The notes below the pieces were generated by a model. That model was not told where the DNA came from. It made no database searches and saw only the letters and a list, made by a program, of their open reading frames with translations. A program made the position numbers and the translations under genes. This document shows positions 6,981-15,737 of a stretch of 18,044 nt of DNA, one piece after another; positions within the stretch are counted from its first letter, which is position 1; the number at the start of each line of letters is the position of its first letter. The DNA is from Gemmatimonadota bacterium (lineage in GTDB: Bacteria > Gemmatimonadota > Gemmatimonadetes > Longimicrobiales > Gaopeijiaceae), in contig SLDT01000096.1 in NCBI GenBank assembly GCA_007125125.1, positions 1-18,044 on the forward strand, read 5' to 3'.

Positions 6981-7966
6981 AGCGGTCGAGCGAGGCGCTG
7001 GTCGGGGTCGTCATCGTCGCGGCCCTCCTCCTCATCACCTTCGGGACCCTCTGGCTCCAGGGAGCGACACTTCGGGGCCAGCAGACCGAGATCGTGGGCG
7101 TGTTCACGAGTGCCGGCCAGGTCAAGCCGGGGAACTCCGTGAAGGTGCGCGGGATGAGCATCGGGCGTGTCCGCGAGATCCGGCTGTCGCCCGACGGGCA
7201 GTCCGTCGAGGTCGTGCTCCGGATCCAGGATGATGTGACCCTCCCCGAGGACCCGGTCGTGATTCTCTCGCCCGAATCCCTCTTCGGCGACTGGCAGGCC
7301 GAGATCGTCCCCCGCGACCGCTTCGCGGCGTACCGCTTTACCGACCCCGACGACCCCGACCACCTCCCGGGATACGCTCTGCCGGACATCTCGCAGCTCA
7401 CCGCGACCGCCGACCGTATCTCCGAGACGATCGAAGAACTGACCGAGCGCGTCGGAATCGCCTTCTCCGAGGAGACCGCTCAGAACATCGCCTCGCTCAT
7501 CGACAACGTCGAGGCGGTGACGGAGCGGCTCTCGGAGCTTGTGACGCAGCAGGCCCAGTCCTTTACAGACGTGACCGACGAGGCACAGCGCGCGACCCAG
7601 GAGATCCGGGCCGCGGCCGAGCGGGTCCGCACGACCTTCGAGAGCGTGGGCGAGCTCGTCGAGCGGGAAGAGCTCGTCGCGATCCTCGGCGACCTCGCCG
7701 TCGTGACCGAGAATGCCCGCACCCTCTCCGGTGAACTCGGCGAGACGAACCTCGAGATCCGCGCGATGGCGGGCCGCGCCGACAGCACCCTCCAGGAGAT
7801 CGGAGCCCTCGTGGCGCTCGCCCGCGACGGGGACGGTTCCGTCGCCCGCCTCCTGCGCGACCCCGAGCTGGCCGAGGAGGTCGAGGCCACGATGGTCTCG
7901 CTGCGGCTCCTCCTCGACGACATCCGCGAGAACCCGCGGCGCTACCTCCGTCTCTCCATCTTCTGA
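6977..7966 (+). CDS. mlaD: MlaD/MCE-family substrate-binding protein with a long C-terminal helical extension (329 aa)
   Basis: N-terminal TM anchor 'LVGVVIVAALLLITFGTLWL', then the MCE domain ('VFTSAGQVKPGNSVKVRGMSIGRVREIRLSPDGQSVEVVLRIQDD'). About 200 aa of A/E/R-rich predicted helix follows, longer than proteobacterial MlaD and resembling actinobacterial Mce C-termini. Confidence 0.8.
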   Translation: MKRSSEALVGVVIVAALLLITFGTLWLQGATLRGQQTEIVGVFTSAGQVKPGNSVKVRGMSIGRVREIRLSPDGQSVEVVLRIQDDVTLPEDPVVILSPESLFGDWQAEIVPRDRFAAYRFTDPDDPDHLPGYALPDISQLTATADRISETIEELTERVGIAFSEETAQNIASLIDNVEAVTERLSELVTQQAQSFTDVTDEAQRATQEIRAAAERVRTTFESVGELVEREELVAILGDLAVVTENARTLSGELGETNLEIRAMAGRADSTLQEIGALVALARDGDGSVARLLRDPELAEEVEATMVSLRLLLDDIRENPRRYLRLSIF

Positions 7967-7977
7967 CCCCCGCACCC

Positions 7978-8496
7978 GTGACCCAGACACCGCCACCAGC
8001 CCGCGAAGGGAGCCCGCCGGGAGCGGCTCCCCTATACCGGGTCGAGCGAAGTGCGGGCGGCGTCGTCGTCCGTGTTCGAAGTCGGGTGCCCCACATTCTC
8101 CTGATCCGGGACCCCTATCGCCGCTGGGGGCTTCCAAAGGGGCATCTCGAGGACCAGGAGCGCCCGCGCGACGCCGCCATGCGCGAGGTCCGGGAAGAGA
8201 CCGGGCTCCAGTTCCTGGTCCTCGGTCCCGACCTCGGCGAGATTGACTGGACCTTCCGACTCCGGGGCCGCCGGATCCACAAGTACTGCCGGTTCTTCCT
8301 GATGGCTTCACCGAATGGCGAGACCGTGCCGGAGCGCTCCGAGGGGATCACCGCCTGCCGCTGGCTCCCCGTCGAGGACGCGGCCCGCACCGTGGGGTAC
8401 GACAATGCTCGAGGCGTCATCCTGCGCGCTGCCGAGCGGATCAGGGTGCCCTCCGACCCCTCGGCCGTTCCGTGGCTGAGCGAGGAGCCGCGTTGA
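7978..8496 (+). CDS. NUDIX hydrolase
   Basis: Nudix box 'GLPKGHLEDQERPRDAAMREVREETGL' (Gx5Ex7REUxEExGU). GTG start at 7978, 11 nt after the mlaD stop. The 3' end overlaps the next gene. Confidence 0.8.
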   Translation: MTQTPPPAREGSPPGAAPLYRVERSAGGVVVRVRSRVPHILLIRDPYRRWGLPKGHLEDQERPRDAAMREVREETGLQFLVLGPDLGEIDWTFRLRGRRIHKYCRFFLMASPNGETVPERSEGITACRWLPVEDAARTVGYDNARGVILRAAERIRVPSDPSAVPWLSEEPR

Positions 8497-9767
8497 AGGG
8501 CGACGAGGCGATCCGATGGGGCGCTGCCGGTGCGGCCCTCGTCATCCTCGTCTTTCTCCTCCTGGCCCTGCGGGAGATCCTGAATCCCCCCCTTCTCCTG
8601 CTCGCTCTCGTCGGTACTCTCCTGCCGCTCCGACGCACGCCCGTCTTCGCTCCCGTCGTGTTCACCGCCGCGGGCCTCACTCTCTTCTGGCTCCTCCGAG
8701 AGATGGGCTTCCTCCTGGCGCCCTTCGTCCTCGCACTCGTCGCCGCCTACGTACTGAACCCGGTCGTGAACCGGGTAGCGCGGATCCGCCCTCTTCGGGC
8801 GCTCGACCGTCGCTGGGAGGGAAGGCGTGTCGGCCGGACCGCCGCCGTGGCCCTCCTCGCGCTTCCGGTCCTCGGGGGGGGCATGGCCCTCCTCGCCTGG
8901 GGCGTGCCCTACCTCACCGGCGAACTCCAGGGCTTCGCTCGCAGAGCGCCCGAGTTCCTCGAGCGGGCCGTGGCCTTTCTCGATGCCGTCGGGGAGCGTC
9001 TCTCGGCTACCGCACTCCCCGGGGTCGATGGCGCCGTTCTCGCCGGGGCCCTCCAGGAGGTCGATGGAGACGACGTGGCCCGCTTCGTCGAGGGGCGCTG
9101 GGAGCTCATCCAGGCGTGGCTCGTCGAGGGTGCACTCGGGCTTGGCAGGGGGCTCGGCGCCGCGCTCTCCATTCTCGGCTACCTCGTCCTCGCCCCGGTC
9201 CTCGCCTTCTACCTCATGCGTGACTGGGACCGCCTCCTGGAGCGCCTCTCCGGCCTCATCCCCCCGCATCGCACGGGACTGGCCGAGGGCTTTCGGGAGT
9301 ACGACCGCCTTCTCGCCAGCTACCTGCGGGGCCAGGTCATGGTTTCGCTCAGCGTGGGTGCCCTCACGACGATCGGACTTCTCCTCGTCGGCTTCCCTTA
9401 TGCGTTCTTTCTCGGAACGATCGTCGCGATCTTCAACATCGTTCCCTACCTCGGACTCGTGCTGAGTCTCATCCCGGCCGTGATCATCGCGCTCACCGGG
9501 GGCGATCCCGGCTTCGACCTCGTCCGGATGGGGGTCGTGTACACGATTGCCCAGACGATCGAGAGTGCGGTGATCTCGCCTCGCATCGTCGGAGACTCCA
9601 CCGGGCTCCACCCCGTCTGGATCCTCTTCGCGATCGCCGCAAGCGGTTTCTTCTTCGGCTTCGTGGGACTTCTGATCGCGGTGCCCCTTGCCGTGGGCGT
9701 CAAGCTGCTCGTCATCGTGGGTGTCGACCGCTACCGAGAATCGGCCCTCTTCCGACACACCGCTTGA
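8472..9767 (+). CDS. AI-2E family transporter (PerM/YhhT-like, UPF0118)
   Basis: 8 TM helices with the characteristic C-terminal core 'GLLLVGFPYAFFLGTIVAIFNIVPYLGLVLSLIPAVIIAL' and 'LLIAVPLA'. The start is either the GTG at 8472 (overlapping the NUDIX gene by 25 nt) or the TTG at 8493 (TTGA overlap with the NUDIX stop). Confidence 0.75.
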   Translation: MAERGAALKGDEAIRWGAAGAALVILVFLLLALREILNPPLLLLALVGTLLPLRRTPVFAPVVFTAAGLTLFWLLREMGFLLAPFVLALVAAYVLNPVVNRVARIRPLRALDRRWEGRRVGRTAAVALLALPVLGGGMALLAWGVPYLTGELQGFARRAPEFLERAVAFLDAVGERLSATALPGVDGAVLAGALQEVDGDDVARFVEGRWELIQAWLVEGALGLGRGLGAALSILGYLVLAPVLAFYLMRDWDRLLERLSGLIPPHRTGLAEGFREYDRLLASYLRGQVMVSLSVGALTTIGLLLVGFPYAFFLGTIVAIFNIVPYLGLVLSLIPAVIIALTGGDPGFDLVRMGVVYTIAQTIESAVISPRIVGDSTGLHPVWILFAIAASGFFFGFVGLLIAVPLAVGVKLLVIVGVDRYRESALFRHTA

Positions 9768-9886
9768 TCGTACCGCCCGACCCCTTATCCTTCGTCTGAC
9801 CGCCGGGCCGATCCCGTACCTCCAGGAGGAAGGCATCGTCCCCCCCCGATCACCCCTGGCCGCCCCACCAAGTACGGGGCACCCTC

Positions 9887-10897
9887 ATGGCGACCGACAT
9901 TCGCGACATCACGATCATCGGCGGGGGACCAACCGGACTCTTTGCCGCCTTCTACGCCGGGATGCGCGGTGCCAGCGTCCGAATCGTGGACTCCCTCCCG
10001 GAACTCGGCGGACAGCTCACTGCGCTCTACCCGGAGAAGTACATCTTCGACGTCGGGGGCTTTCCGAAGGTGCTTGCCCGCGACCTTGCCGTTGACCTCA
10101 TCGCACAGGCGATGCAGTTCGAGCCCGAGGTCGTGCTCGACGAAGAGATTCGAGGGCTGAGGCCGCTCGACGACGGCACCTTCGTTCTGGAGGGGCGGGC
10201 GGCGGAGATGCCCACGCGAAGTCTTGTCATCGCCGGTGGGAAGGGTGCCTTCGAGCCGCGGCCCCTCGAGGCAGCCGGGTACCACGAGCTCCTGGGAAAG
10301 GGGGTCTCCTACGCGGTCAGGGATCCGGAGAGCTACCGAGGGAAGCGTGTCGTCATCGTGGGAGGGGGTGACTCGGCCCTGGACTGGACCCTGATCCTGA
10401 AGGAGAAGGTCGAGCGGCTCGTGCTCGTGCACCGCCGCGACCAGTTCCGCGCCCACGAGAGTTCCGTGGCGAGACTTCACGAGGCCGAGGCCCGTGGAGA
10501 GGTCGAGCTGCGGCTCTTCCACGAGGTGACGGAGATCCACGGAAACGGTCATGTCGAGGGAGTGTCCCTCGTCGACAACCAGACGGACGACCGGACCCGG
10601 ATGGAGGCCGATGCCGTGCTCACCTTCCTCGGGTTCAAGCCCGACCTCGGACCCATCAAGGAGTGGGGGCTCGAGATCCGGAGGAACCGGATCCTCGTCG
10701 GCTCCCTCATGCAGACGAACATCCCCGGCATCTTTGCTGCGGGCGACATCGTCGATTACGAGGGCAAGCTGGACCTCATCGCCTCCGGCTTCGCCGAGGC
10801 GGCGATCGCGGTGAACAACGCGGTCCACCACGTGGACCCGAACGCCCGGGTGAATCCCGGGCACTCAACGAACATGAAGGTCTTCAAGAACGCCTGA
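9887..10897 (+). CDS. Ferredoxin-NADP+ reductase, type 2 (thioredoxin-reductase-like, YumC-type)
   Basis: 336 aa. FAD motif 'IIGGGPTGLFAAFYA', NADPH motif 'VVIVGGGDSALDW', and 'GIFAAGDIV'. The C-terminal 'HSTNMKVFKNA' tail is typical of YumC-type FNR. There is no CxxC redox pair, unlike TrxB. Confidence 0.8.
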   Translation: MATDIRDITIIGGGPTGLFAAFYAGMRGASVRIVDSLPELGGQLTALYPEKYIFDVGGFPKVLARDLAVDLIAQAMQFEPEVVLDEEIRGLRPLDDGTFVLEGRAAEMPTRSLVIAGGKGAFEPRPLEAAGYHELLGKGVSYAVRDPESYRGKRVVIVGGGDSALDWTLILKEKVERLVLVHRRDQFRAHESSVARLHEAEARGEVELRLFHEVTEIHGNGHVEGVSLVDNQTDDRTRMEADAVLTFLGFKPDLGPIKEWGLEIRRNRILVGSLMQTNIPGIFAAGDIVDYEGKLDLIASGFAEAAIAVNNAVHHVDPNARVNPGHSTNMKVFKNA

Positions 10898-10912
10898 GGG
10901 GAGCGCTTGCGG

Positions 10913-11917
10913 ATGGACGGCCAGATCGAGAACGTGGTAATCGTGGGCTCCGGCCCTGCGGCATGGACGGCGGCGGTCTACGCGGCGCGTGCGCGGCTCG
11001 ACCCCCTCGTCTACGAGGGCGCCCCCTCACGGGAGATGATTCCGGGTGGACAGCTCATGTTCACGACCGAGGTCGAGAACTACCCGGGTTTTCCCGAGGG
11101 CGTCGACGGCCAGACCCTCATGATGGGCATGCGGGCCCAGGCGGAGCGCTTCGACACCCGGATCATCACGGACGACATCGTCGAGGTGGATCCGACCGAG
11201 CGTCCCTTCCGCCTGCGGTCGGCCGGGGGTGACACCCTGCGGGCGAGGACGGTGATCATCGCGACGGGGGCGCGGGCAAACTGGCTTGGCCTGCACAACG
11301 AGGAGCGACTCGCGCAGAGCGGCGGTGGGGTCTCGGCCTGCGCGGTCTGCGACGGGGCCCTGCCGGCCTTCCGCGACCAGGTGCTCGCGGTGGTGGGCGG
11401 GGGCGACAGCGCGATGGAGGAGGCGACCTACCTCACGAAGTTTGCTCGGCAGGTCGTGATCATCCACCGGCGCGACGCCTTCCGTGCATCACCGATCATG
11501 GCCGAGCGTGCGCTGAACGATCCGAAGATCCGAGTCGAGTGGAACAGCGTGGTGACCGAGGTTCTGGGCGACGACTTCGTCACGGGACTGCGGTTGCGCG
11601 ACACGGTGACCGGGGAGGAGCGCGAGATCGAGGTGGGCGGGCTCTTCCTCGCGATTGGCCACACCCCGAACACCGCTTTCCTGAAGGGGGTCGTGGAACT
11701 CGACGAGACCGGGTACATCCTGACCCCGGAGCCCTGGCGCACCGCAACATCGGTCGAGGGGATCTTCGCCGCCGGCGACGTGATGGACAGCTACTACCGG
11801 CAGGCGGTCACCGCGGCCGGGACCGGATGCATGGCGGCGCTCGAGGCCGAGCGTTACCTCGCTCATGCGGTCGAGGCCGATGTGGGGAGCGACCTGCCCA
11901 CCGAGCCGGTGGCCTGA
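10913..11917 (+). CDS. trxB: Thioredoxin-disulfide reductase
   Basis: Near-colinear with E. coli TrxB: '[20 protein letters not shown]', redox-active 'CAVCDG' (E. coli CATCDG), '[15 protein letters not shown]', 'IHRRDAFRA', '[12 protein letters not shown]', and '[22 protein letters not shown]'. ATG at 10913 (the third codon of ORF 10907) sits 10 nt after GAGGGGA. Confidence 0.9.
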   Translation: MDGQIENVVIVGSGPAAWTAAVYAARARLDPLVYEGAPSREMIPGGQLMFTTEVENYPGFPEGVDGQTLMMGMRAQAERFDTRIITDDIVEVDPTERPFRLRSAGGDTLRARTVIIATGARANWLGLHNEERLAQSGGGVSACAVCDGALPAFRDQVLAVVGGGDSAMEEATYLTKFARQVVIIHRRDAFRASPIMAERALNDPKIRVEWNSVVTEVLGDDFVTGLRLRDTVTGEEREIEVGGLFLAIGHTPNTAFLKGVVELDETGYILTPEPWRTATSVEGIFAAGDVMDSYYRQAVTAAGTGCMAALEAERYLAHAVEADVGSDLPTEPVA

Positions 11918-11926
11918 AGGTTTGCG

Positions 11927-11949
11927 TGCCGGGGTACGTATTCCCGGCA
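11927..11949 (+). terminator. GC-rich hairpin downstream of trxB (TGCCGGG-tacgtat-CCCGGCA), a possible intrinsic terminator without a U-tract
   Basis: A perfect 7-bp inverted repeat seen directly in the sequence, 10 nt after the trxB stop. It is followed by 'atgacgc' rather than a T-run, so function is uncertain in this high-GC genome. Confidence 0.3.
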
Positions 11950-11995
11950 ATGACGCTCCGGCGTCGCCACCCATCCTGACCCGGGAGGAGTCCCC

Positions 11996-12595
11996 GTGAT
12001 GCTCGCGGTCTACCTCTTTCTACTCGTCACGGGAGGCGGGCTTGCCCTCGTCTCCCTGGTGGGAGGCTTCCTCGAGGGAGGAGGGCTGGATCTCGAACTC
12101 GACGGGGGTGCGGACTTCGGAACGGAGACCGACTTCTCCGGCCTGAAGGGCGGCTGGTGGGATGCCTTCTCTCTGCTGACCCTGATCTACGGGGCCTTCG
12201 GCGCGGGAGGAGTGGGCACCGCGCTGCACCTGCTCTGGGGAGGCGAGCAGACCCTCGTGACCCTGGCGTTCTCGATCGGTTCGGGAGCGGTGTGCGGGAT
12301 CGGGGCGGGCCTCCTCCTGTCCTGGCTCCGGCGCTCGGGGTCGGGCGAACTCCGCGGCGAGGCATCGTTCGAGGGACGGGTGGCCCGTGTCATCCTCCCC
12401 CTGCGCCCGGAGGTGCCGGGCCGCATCCGCGTGCGGCGGGGAGAGCGCGAGCATGTTCTGCGCGCGCTGCCGCACGCCACGGCCGAGGACCCGGGGGCCG
12501 CGGGGAGATGGGAGCGGGTCGTCGTCATCGAGGTACGGGGGGGCGTGGCCTACGTGGCCCCGGCCTCACCGGAGCTGGGGGGAGCGGAACTCTGA
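11996..12595 (+). CDS. NfeD-like membrane protein (short form, no ClpP-type protease domain), partner of flotillin
   Basis: GGGAGGAG SD, then GTG-ATG at 11996/11999. N-terminal Gly/Ala-rich TM helices and a C-terminal OB-fold-like segment ('GRVARVILPLRPEVPGRIRVRRGEREHVLRA'). Sits immediately upstream of an SPFH/flotillin gene, the canonical nfeD-floT arrangement. Confidence 0.65.
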   Translation: MMLAVYLFLLVTGGGLALVSLVGGFLEGGGLDLELDGGADFGTETDFSGLKGGWWDAFSLLTLIYGAFGAGGVGTALHLLWGGEQTLVTLAFSIGSGAVCGIGAGLLLSWLRRSGSGELRGEASFEGRVARVILPLRPEVPGRIRVRRGEREHVLRALPHATAEDPGAAGRWERVVVIEVRGGVAYVAPASPELGGAEL

Positions 12596-12635
12596 GTCCA
12601 TGGCCCCGCGGGGCCACCAATCCGGGAGAGTCGAA

Positions 12636-13970
12636 ATGCTGGACCTCGTTGCGGGTGCCTTCGTCGCCGCCGTCGTTGTCGTGATCGTCCTCGTGATTGC
12701 CCTCGCGGTGATCCAGGCGCTGATCATCATCGTTCCTCCCAACCGTGCTGCCGTGATCACCGGCCGCCGGCGCGTCTCCGAGGGAGGCGAGGCGGTCGGG
12801 TACCGCACGGTGATCGGGGGCCGGACCCTCCGCATCCCGATCATCGAGAAGGTCGACTACGTCTCGCTCGAGACGATCCCGATCGAGATCAGCGTCTCGA
12901 ACGCCTTCTCGAAGGGGAACATCCCCCTCATGGTCGAGGCGATCGCGAATGTGAAGATCGCCTCCGAGCCGGAGAGCGTCTTCAACAATGCGGTCGAGCG
13001 GCTCCTCGACAAGAGTCCCGAGGAGGTACGAGCCCTCGCACGTGACACCCTGATGGGGAACCTGCGCGGGGTGCTTGCGACGCTGACCCCCGAGGAGGTG
13101 AACGAGGATCGCCTCGGCTTCGCCCAGGCACTTTCCGAGGACGCCGGGGAGGACCTCGCGGCGCTCGGCTTCCACCTCGACGTGCTCAAGATCCAGAATG
13201 TGCACGACGAGCGGGGCTACCTGGCGGCGATCGGGCGGCGCAAGTCGGCGCTCGCGGTGCGCGACGCCGAGGTGGCCGAGGCGCAGGCCGAGGCCGACAC
13301 CCGTGAGGAGGCCGCGACGGCGCGGCAGCGCGCCGAGGTGCGCGAGGCCGAGGCCGACATCGACATCGCCGAGGCGCGCAACCGCCTCCGGGTGCGGCAG
13401 GCGCAGCTCGACCAGGAGGCCGAGACGGCCGAGCGGGTCGCGCAGGTGAAGGCGGAGGAGGCCGAGGTGGTCGCCCAGCGCGCCCTCGAGGCGCAGCGGG
13501 TCGAGCGTGAGCGCGAGCGCCTCAGGGCCGACGTGATCGAGCCGGCGCAGGCCGAGCGGGAGGCGGCACGGGCGCGCGCCGAGGGTGAGGCGGCCCCGAT
13601 TCTGGAGCGCGGGAAGGCGCAGGCCGAGGTGCTCCGCCAGCTCGCCGAGCAGGTCCGGGAGGGGGGCGAGCAGGGCTTCGGGATCCTCGTGGCCGAGAAG
13701 CTCCCCGAGCTCCTCGAGACGGCGGTCGAGGCGGTGCGCGGGATCGAGGTCGATCGCCTCGTCGTCCTCGACGGGGGCGAGGGGACTGCGATGTCGAACG
13801 TCGCGAACCAGCGGGTGCGGGGCGCACTCGGGACGGTCGAGGGGATCGCCTCGGCGCTCGGGCTCGACCTCGAGGAGGTCATCCGGGGTGCGAACCGGCG
13901 GGCGATGGGCGCGGGTGCGCCCCCGAGCGCGGACGGGCACCCGGCCGAGGTCCCCGTGCGGGAGGGATGA
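12636..13970 (+). CDS. Flotillin-like SPFH/band-7 protein (YqiK/FloT-like)
   Basis: This is the ORF 12387..13970 trimmed to the ATG at residue 84, which sits 5 nt after GGGAGAG. It begins with a hydrophobic hairpin ('MLDLVAGAFVAAVVVVIVLVIALAVIQALIIIVPP'), then the SPFH domain ('AVITGRRRV...IPIIEKVDYVSLETIPIEI...'), then a long Ala/Glu/Arg-rich coiled coil ('AEAQAEADTREEAATARQRAEVREAEADIDIAEARNRLRVRQAQLDQEAETAERVAQVKAEEAE...'). Confidence 0.85.
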   Translation: MLDLVAGAFVAAVVVVIVLVIALAVIQALIIIVPPNRAAVITGRRRVSEGGEAVGYRTVIGGRTLRIPIIEKVDYVSLETIPIEISVSNAFSKGNIPLMVEAIANVKIASEPESVFNNAVERLLDKSPEEVRALARDTLMGNLRGVLATLTPEEVNEDRLGFAQALSEDAGEDLAALGFHLDVLKIQNVHDERGYLAAIGRRKSALAVRDAEVAEAQAEADTREEAATARQRAEVREAEADIDIAEARNRLRVRQAQLDQEAETAERVAQVKAEEAEVVAQRALEAQRVERERERLRADVIEPAQAEREAARARAEGEAAPILERGKAQAEVLRQLAEQVREGGEQGFGILVAEKLPELLETAVEAVRGIEVDRLVVLDGGEGTAMSNVANQRVRGALGTVEGIASALGLDLEEVIRGANRRAMGAGAPPSADGHPAEVPVREG

Positions 13971-13976
13971 GGGGGG

Positions 13977-14699
13977 TCAGCCCCCGAGGAGCCTTCCCCC
14001 GTCCACGACGATCACCTCACCGGTGATGAAGGGCGACCGTTCGAGAAAGAGGACGGTGCGCACGACGTCTTCCGGTGAGCCGAGGGTGCCGAGGGCCGCA
14101 CTCCTGCGGGAGCGTTCGCGGTCCTCGGCATCGTAGTCGTCCGGGAGGAGGACGGCCCCTGGAGCGATGGCGTTGACCCGGACCCGCGGGGCAAGGGCAC
14201 GCGCCATGACCCGGGTGAGCTGCATGAGCCCGGCCTTCGAGACGGCGTGGTGCGGGTAGGCGGTCCAGGGCTGGAAGGCCGAGAGGTCGACGAGGTTCAC
14301 GATGCTCCCCCCGGAGGCCTCGAGGAGCTCGGCCGTCGCCTGCACCATGAGGAAGGGCCCCTTGAGGTTGACCGCCATGACGCGGTCCCACTCCTCCTCC
14401 TCGAGCTCGAGGAGGCTCCCGGATCCGAAGAGGGAGGCGTTGTTCACGAGGAGGTCGAGGCGGCCATGGGTCCGGACGATCTCCTCGACGATGCGGCGGG
14501 CATCCGCGGCGTTCGAGACGTCGCCCTCGACGATCGTGCAGCGGGCGCCGAGCGCCTCGCACTGCCGGGCGACACTGCGTGCCTCCGAGGCCGAGGAGTG
14601 GTAGTTCACGACGACCTCCCACCCGGCCTCGGCGAGGCCGAGGGTGATCGCGCGGCCGATGCGGACTGCGCCGCCGGTGATGAGGGCGACCTTCGCCAC
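13977..14699 (-). CDS. SDR-family oxidoreductase, pteridine-reductase (PTR1/FolM)-like
   Basis: 'ALITGGAVRIGRAI' (TGxxxRIG cofactor motif), 'YHSS', and 'NNASLF'. The active-site region 'VDLSAFQPWTAYPHHAVSKAGL' aligns with PTR1 'VDAMTNQPLLGYTIYTMAKGAL'. Convergent with the flotillin gene, with only 6 nt between the stops. Confidence 0.8.
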   Translation of the reverse strand: MAKVALITGGAVRIGRAITLGLAEAGWEVVVNYHSSASEARSVARQCEALGARCTIVEGDVSNAADARRIVEEIVRTHGRLDLLVNNASLFGSGSLLELEEEEWDRVMAVNLKGPFLMVQATAELLEASGGSIVNLVDLSAFQPWTAYPHHAVSKAGLMQLTRVMARALAPRVRVNAIAPGAVLLPDDYDAEDRERSRRSAALGTLGSPEDVVRTVLFLERSPFITGEVIVVDGGRLLGG

Positions 14700-14878
14700 C
14701 TGTCGGGGCTCCAGCGTTCTGAGGGTGGAGGGGGACCCGGATGCCTCCGGACGAAACGCCCCGCTGCCTGCGTGGTACTCACTGCGTGCGCGCGGGGCTC
14801 GCCGGGAGCCGCGCGTACCGGGGCAGGGCGTGAATCCTGCGCCGGACAGCCACCATCAACGAAGAGGGAGAAGGGCGC

Positions 14879-15601
14879 ATGGACGACCTGAGCGGTAAGG
14901 TAGCCGTCGTGACGGGAAGCACCAAGGGGATCGGACGGGCAATCGTGGAGGCGGTCGCGGCTCGCGGGGGGAGCGCGGTCGTCTCGAGCCGGACCGAGTC
15001 CGAGGTGCGGGAGGTGGCGGCTGAACTCGATGCTCGCCACCCCGGCCGGGTGATCGGAATTCCCTGCGACGTGCGGGAACGCTCGGCATGCCAGGCCCTG
15101 GTGGAGGGAGCGGTGGCCGAGCTGGGCGGGGTCGACATCCTCGTGAACAACGCGGGGCTCGGGCGCTTTGCGAAGCTCCAGGAGATGGATCCGGCCGACT
15201 GGGAAATCCAGCTTCGGACGAACCTGGACGGGGTCTTCCACTGCTCGCAGGCGGTGATCGAGCCGATGCGGGCGCGGGGCGGGGGGTGGATCCTGAACAT
15301 CGGGTCGCTCGCGGGGCGGAACGCCTTCTCGGGCGGGGCCGCCTACAACGCCTCGAAGTTCGGGCTCCTGGGGATGTCCGAGGCGATGATGCTCGACCTG
15401 CGGCATGAGGGGATCCGCGTGAGCTGCATCATGCCGGGGAGCGTGAACACGCACTTCTTCGACGGAGGACCCGACCCGGACGACGACTGGAAGCTTCAGT
15501 CCGACGACATCGCGCGGGTCGTGATGGACCTCCTGGCCTTCCCGGAGCGAGCATTGCCCAGCCGGATCGAGATTCGTCCGACGCAGCCTCCACGGAAGTA
15601 G
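14879..15601 (+). CDS. SDR-family oxidoreductase (3-oxoacyl-ACP reductase-like, classical)
   Basis: '[16 protein letters not shown]' (TGxxxGIG), 'NNAG', Ser, and canonical 'YNASK'. SD 'AAGAGGGAGAAGGG' upstream of the ATG at 14879. Divergent from the other SDR across a 179-bp gap. Confidence 0.85.
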   Translation: MDDLSGKVAVVTGSTKGIGRAIVEAVAARGGSAVVSSRTESEVREVAAELDARHPGRVIGIPCDVRERSACQALVEGAVAELGGVDILVNNAGLGRFAKLQEMDPADWEIQLRTNLDGVFHCSQAVIEPMRARGGGWILNIGSLAGRNAFSGGAAYNASKFGLLGMSEAMMLDLRHEGIRVSCIMPGSVNTHFFDGGPDPDDDWKLQSDDIARVVMDLLAFPERALPSRIEIRPTQPPRK

Positions 15602-15737
15602 GGCGGGCCACGGGGGAGCCTTTGTCGAGGGGGGACTCCGGGGAGCGGCAGCGGGGGCACCGGAGTGGACTCGGGAAGCGTGTGCATTACCTTCCGGTGA
15701 CCATTCCTTGCCCTCCACACGACACACGAGGCTGCCC

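Noticed and set aside
8115-9836. 573-aa minus-strand ORF (also 6887..8311 -, 14606..16051 -, 3368..4852 +, 1098..2126 +, 227..1189 +), each long enough to look like a gene
   Set aside because: All are antisense to or out of frame with genes that have clear family signatures (AI-2E, MlaD, fumC/SDR, rho, plug protein, symporter). Their translations are Arg/Gly/Pro/Asp-rich low-complexity sequences typical of stop-codon-poor shadow frames in 70%-GC DNA. They lack the GC3-high, GC2-low coding periodicity.
9840-9849. Homopolymeric tracts (C8 at about 9841-9848, G7 at about 4871-4877, G7 at about 2764-2770, G6 at 13971-13976) as possible phase-variation sites
   Set aside because: All lie in intergenic spacers, not inside ORFs or at promoter -10/-35 spacers I could define. 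Short G/C runs are expected by composition in 70%-GC DNA.
9768-9886. Long-range 7-bp pairing CCCGTAC...GTACGGG enclosing about 55 nt upstream of the FNR gene (possible structured 5'UTR or riboswitch)
   Set aside because: There are no recognisable riboswitch consensus elements. A single 7-mer inverted repeat over this distance is weak evidence, so it is left as a note only.
12387-12635. Longer N-terminal versions of the flotillin gene (ORF start 12387, or ATG at 12600 overlapping the nfeD stop)
   Set aside because: The upstream translation is Ser/Arg/Cys-rich junk ('MSSSPCARRCRAASACGG...') in the +1 frame of nfeD. The ATG at 12636 has a good SD (GGGAGAG, 5-nt spacer) and starts exactly at the hydrophobic hairpin typical of flotillins.
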